DNA of 64,000 nt from Styela clava. Lineage: Eukaryota. The translations under genes and the position numbers were made by a program. Shown piece after piece: positions 62,989 through 64,000 of the stretch. The stretch is taken from contig NC_135250.1 of NCBI RefSeq assembly GCF_964204865.1, positions 17,422,001-17,486,000 on the forward strand, read 5' to 3'. Within the stretch, counting starts at the first letter, position 1; each line of letters starts with the position of its first letter. The notes under the pieces are model-generated. The model made no database searches. It was not told the DNA's origin and saw only the letters and a list, made by a program, of their open reading frames with translations.

Positions 62989-64000
62989 CTGACTTCGACA
63001 TTAGATACCTCTCAATACATCTGCGTAAAATGACCGGTATTGAATAAAAAGTACGTTGAATCATAGCAAAAATGGACCTTTGACCCCCGAACATTATTTC
63101 TACAGTTTGTCCCTAATTTTGAGAGTGTTTGTGCGACTTTGAATACCAGTACTGTTCAGTACACCCGCGTAAAATTGTTGGATATAAAATACGTTGAATC
63201 AGAGCAAAATGAACATACCAAAGAAAAAAAATCGCTCTCATAGAGTGTTTGTTTTACTGAACCAAATGTCAGGACATCTTGGAATCTGAGAACTGTGCTC
63301 TACTATAATGAGGCTGAATACTAATAGTGAATTGGAAATACTTTCTTTTCAAATTTATGTGTCTGATCATGTAGCCCTAATTAATGATTTTCCATATCCC
63401 GCTTGTACCATTTTATTTCTTTTTTCTCAGAAAAATCAATTGAATAGCGGCCACTGATACAGAATTTCGTTACTTAAAGTATGGTTAGGTCTCAAAATAC
63501 AGCTTTCAATACTTTGCTGCTTAGTTAAATTAGAGAAGATGACTCGAAAAGTCAAAGTAGAGCAATCCAGTTTCTGATGGATGGAGGTCTAACACTGTTA
63601 CACATCAAAGGTTGCAAAATCTGGAATGCATCAGTAAAATACTGTCTAATGGACTATGGGAATAGGTAAGTTTTTTGTATTGTTTCAAATGCTTCAATCT
63701 CTAAAAATCATCTGAATTTCTTGTATGATTTATGGAAACAGGTTGAGGCGTCAACATTTTTAATTTTCCTGACAGAATGCATTTACTGCTTTATATGAAT
63801 TAGTACCTACCCCAAGGTGAACATAACACCAGATAAATAAATTATATATAAACAAGCCAAACCACGCATCTCACCATTCAACAAACATCAGTTCAAGTCA
63901 AAACGTTAGCGGGATAACACATGTTAAAAATTTTTTTGATTTCATGCTTTTTTTTGTCGTTGATCAAGTCTCTAAAGAATGATAAAGAAAAGAAAAGACA

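Noticed and set aside
1-64000. tRNA, rRNA or other structured RNA genes
   Set aside because: None recognised by eye; tRNAscan-SE and Infernal would be needed to exclude them.

Overview
AT-rich eukaryotic (metazoan invertebrate) genomic DNA with short GT-AG introns and many decayed DNA transposons; the species cannot be determined from sequence alone. The main content is a + strand tandem cluster of four spliced paralogous genes (about 8.3-9.5, 11.3-13.3, 21.7-23.1 and 34.1-35.4 kb). They encode ~185-190 aa secreted, Lys/Arg-rich, 12-Cys proteins. The Cys framework and C-terminal motif match the beta-microseminoprotein (MSMB/PSP94) family, but each carries an ~80-residue insert with two extra Cys between CxxCxC and CC. 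A clear fifth pseudogene copy lies at ~5.4-5.9 kb and a possible older remnant at ~2.2 kb. The minus strand has a 3-exon single-pass membrane protein gene (53018..49642) and a weaker multi-exon candidate (~44.5-46.0 kb). Mobile DNA includes several hAT elements and remnants, two copies of a foldback element with 6-bp target-site duplications, a Helentron/DINE-1-like element, MITEs, LINE 3' ends and several local tandem duplications. All gene models were spliced and translated by hand; family assignments come from motif recall, not database searches.
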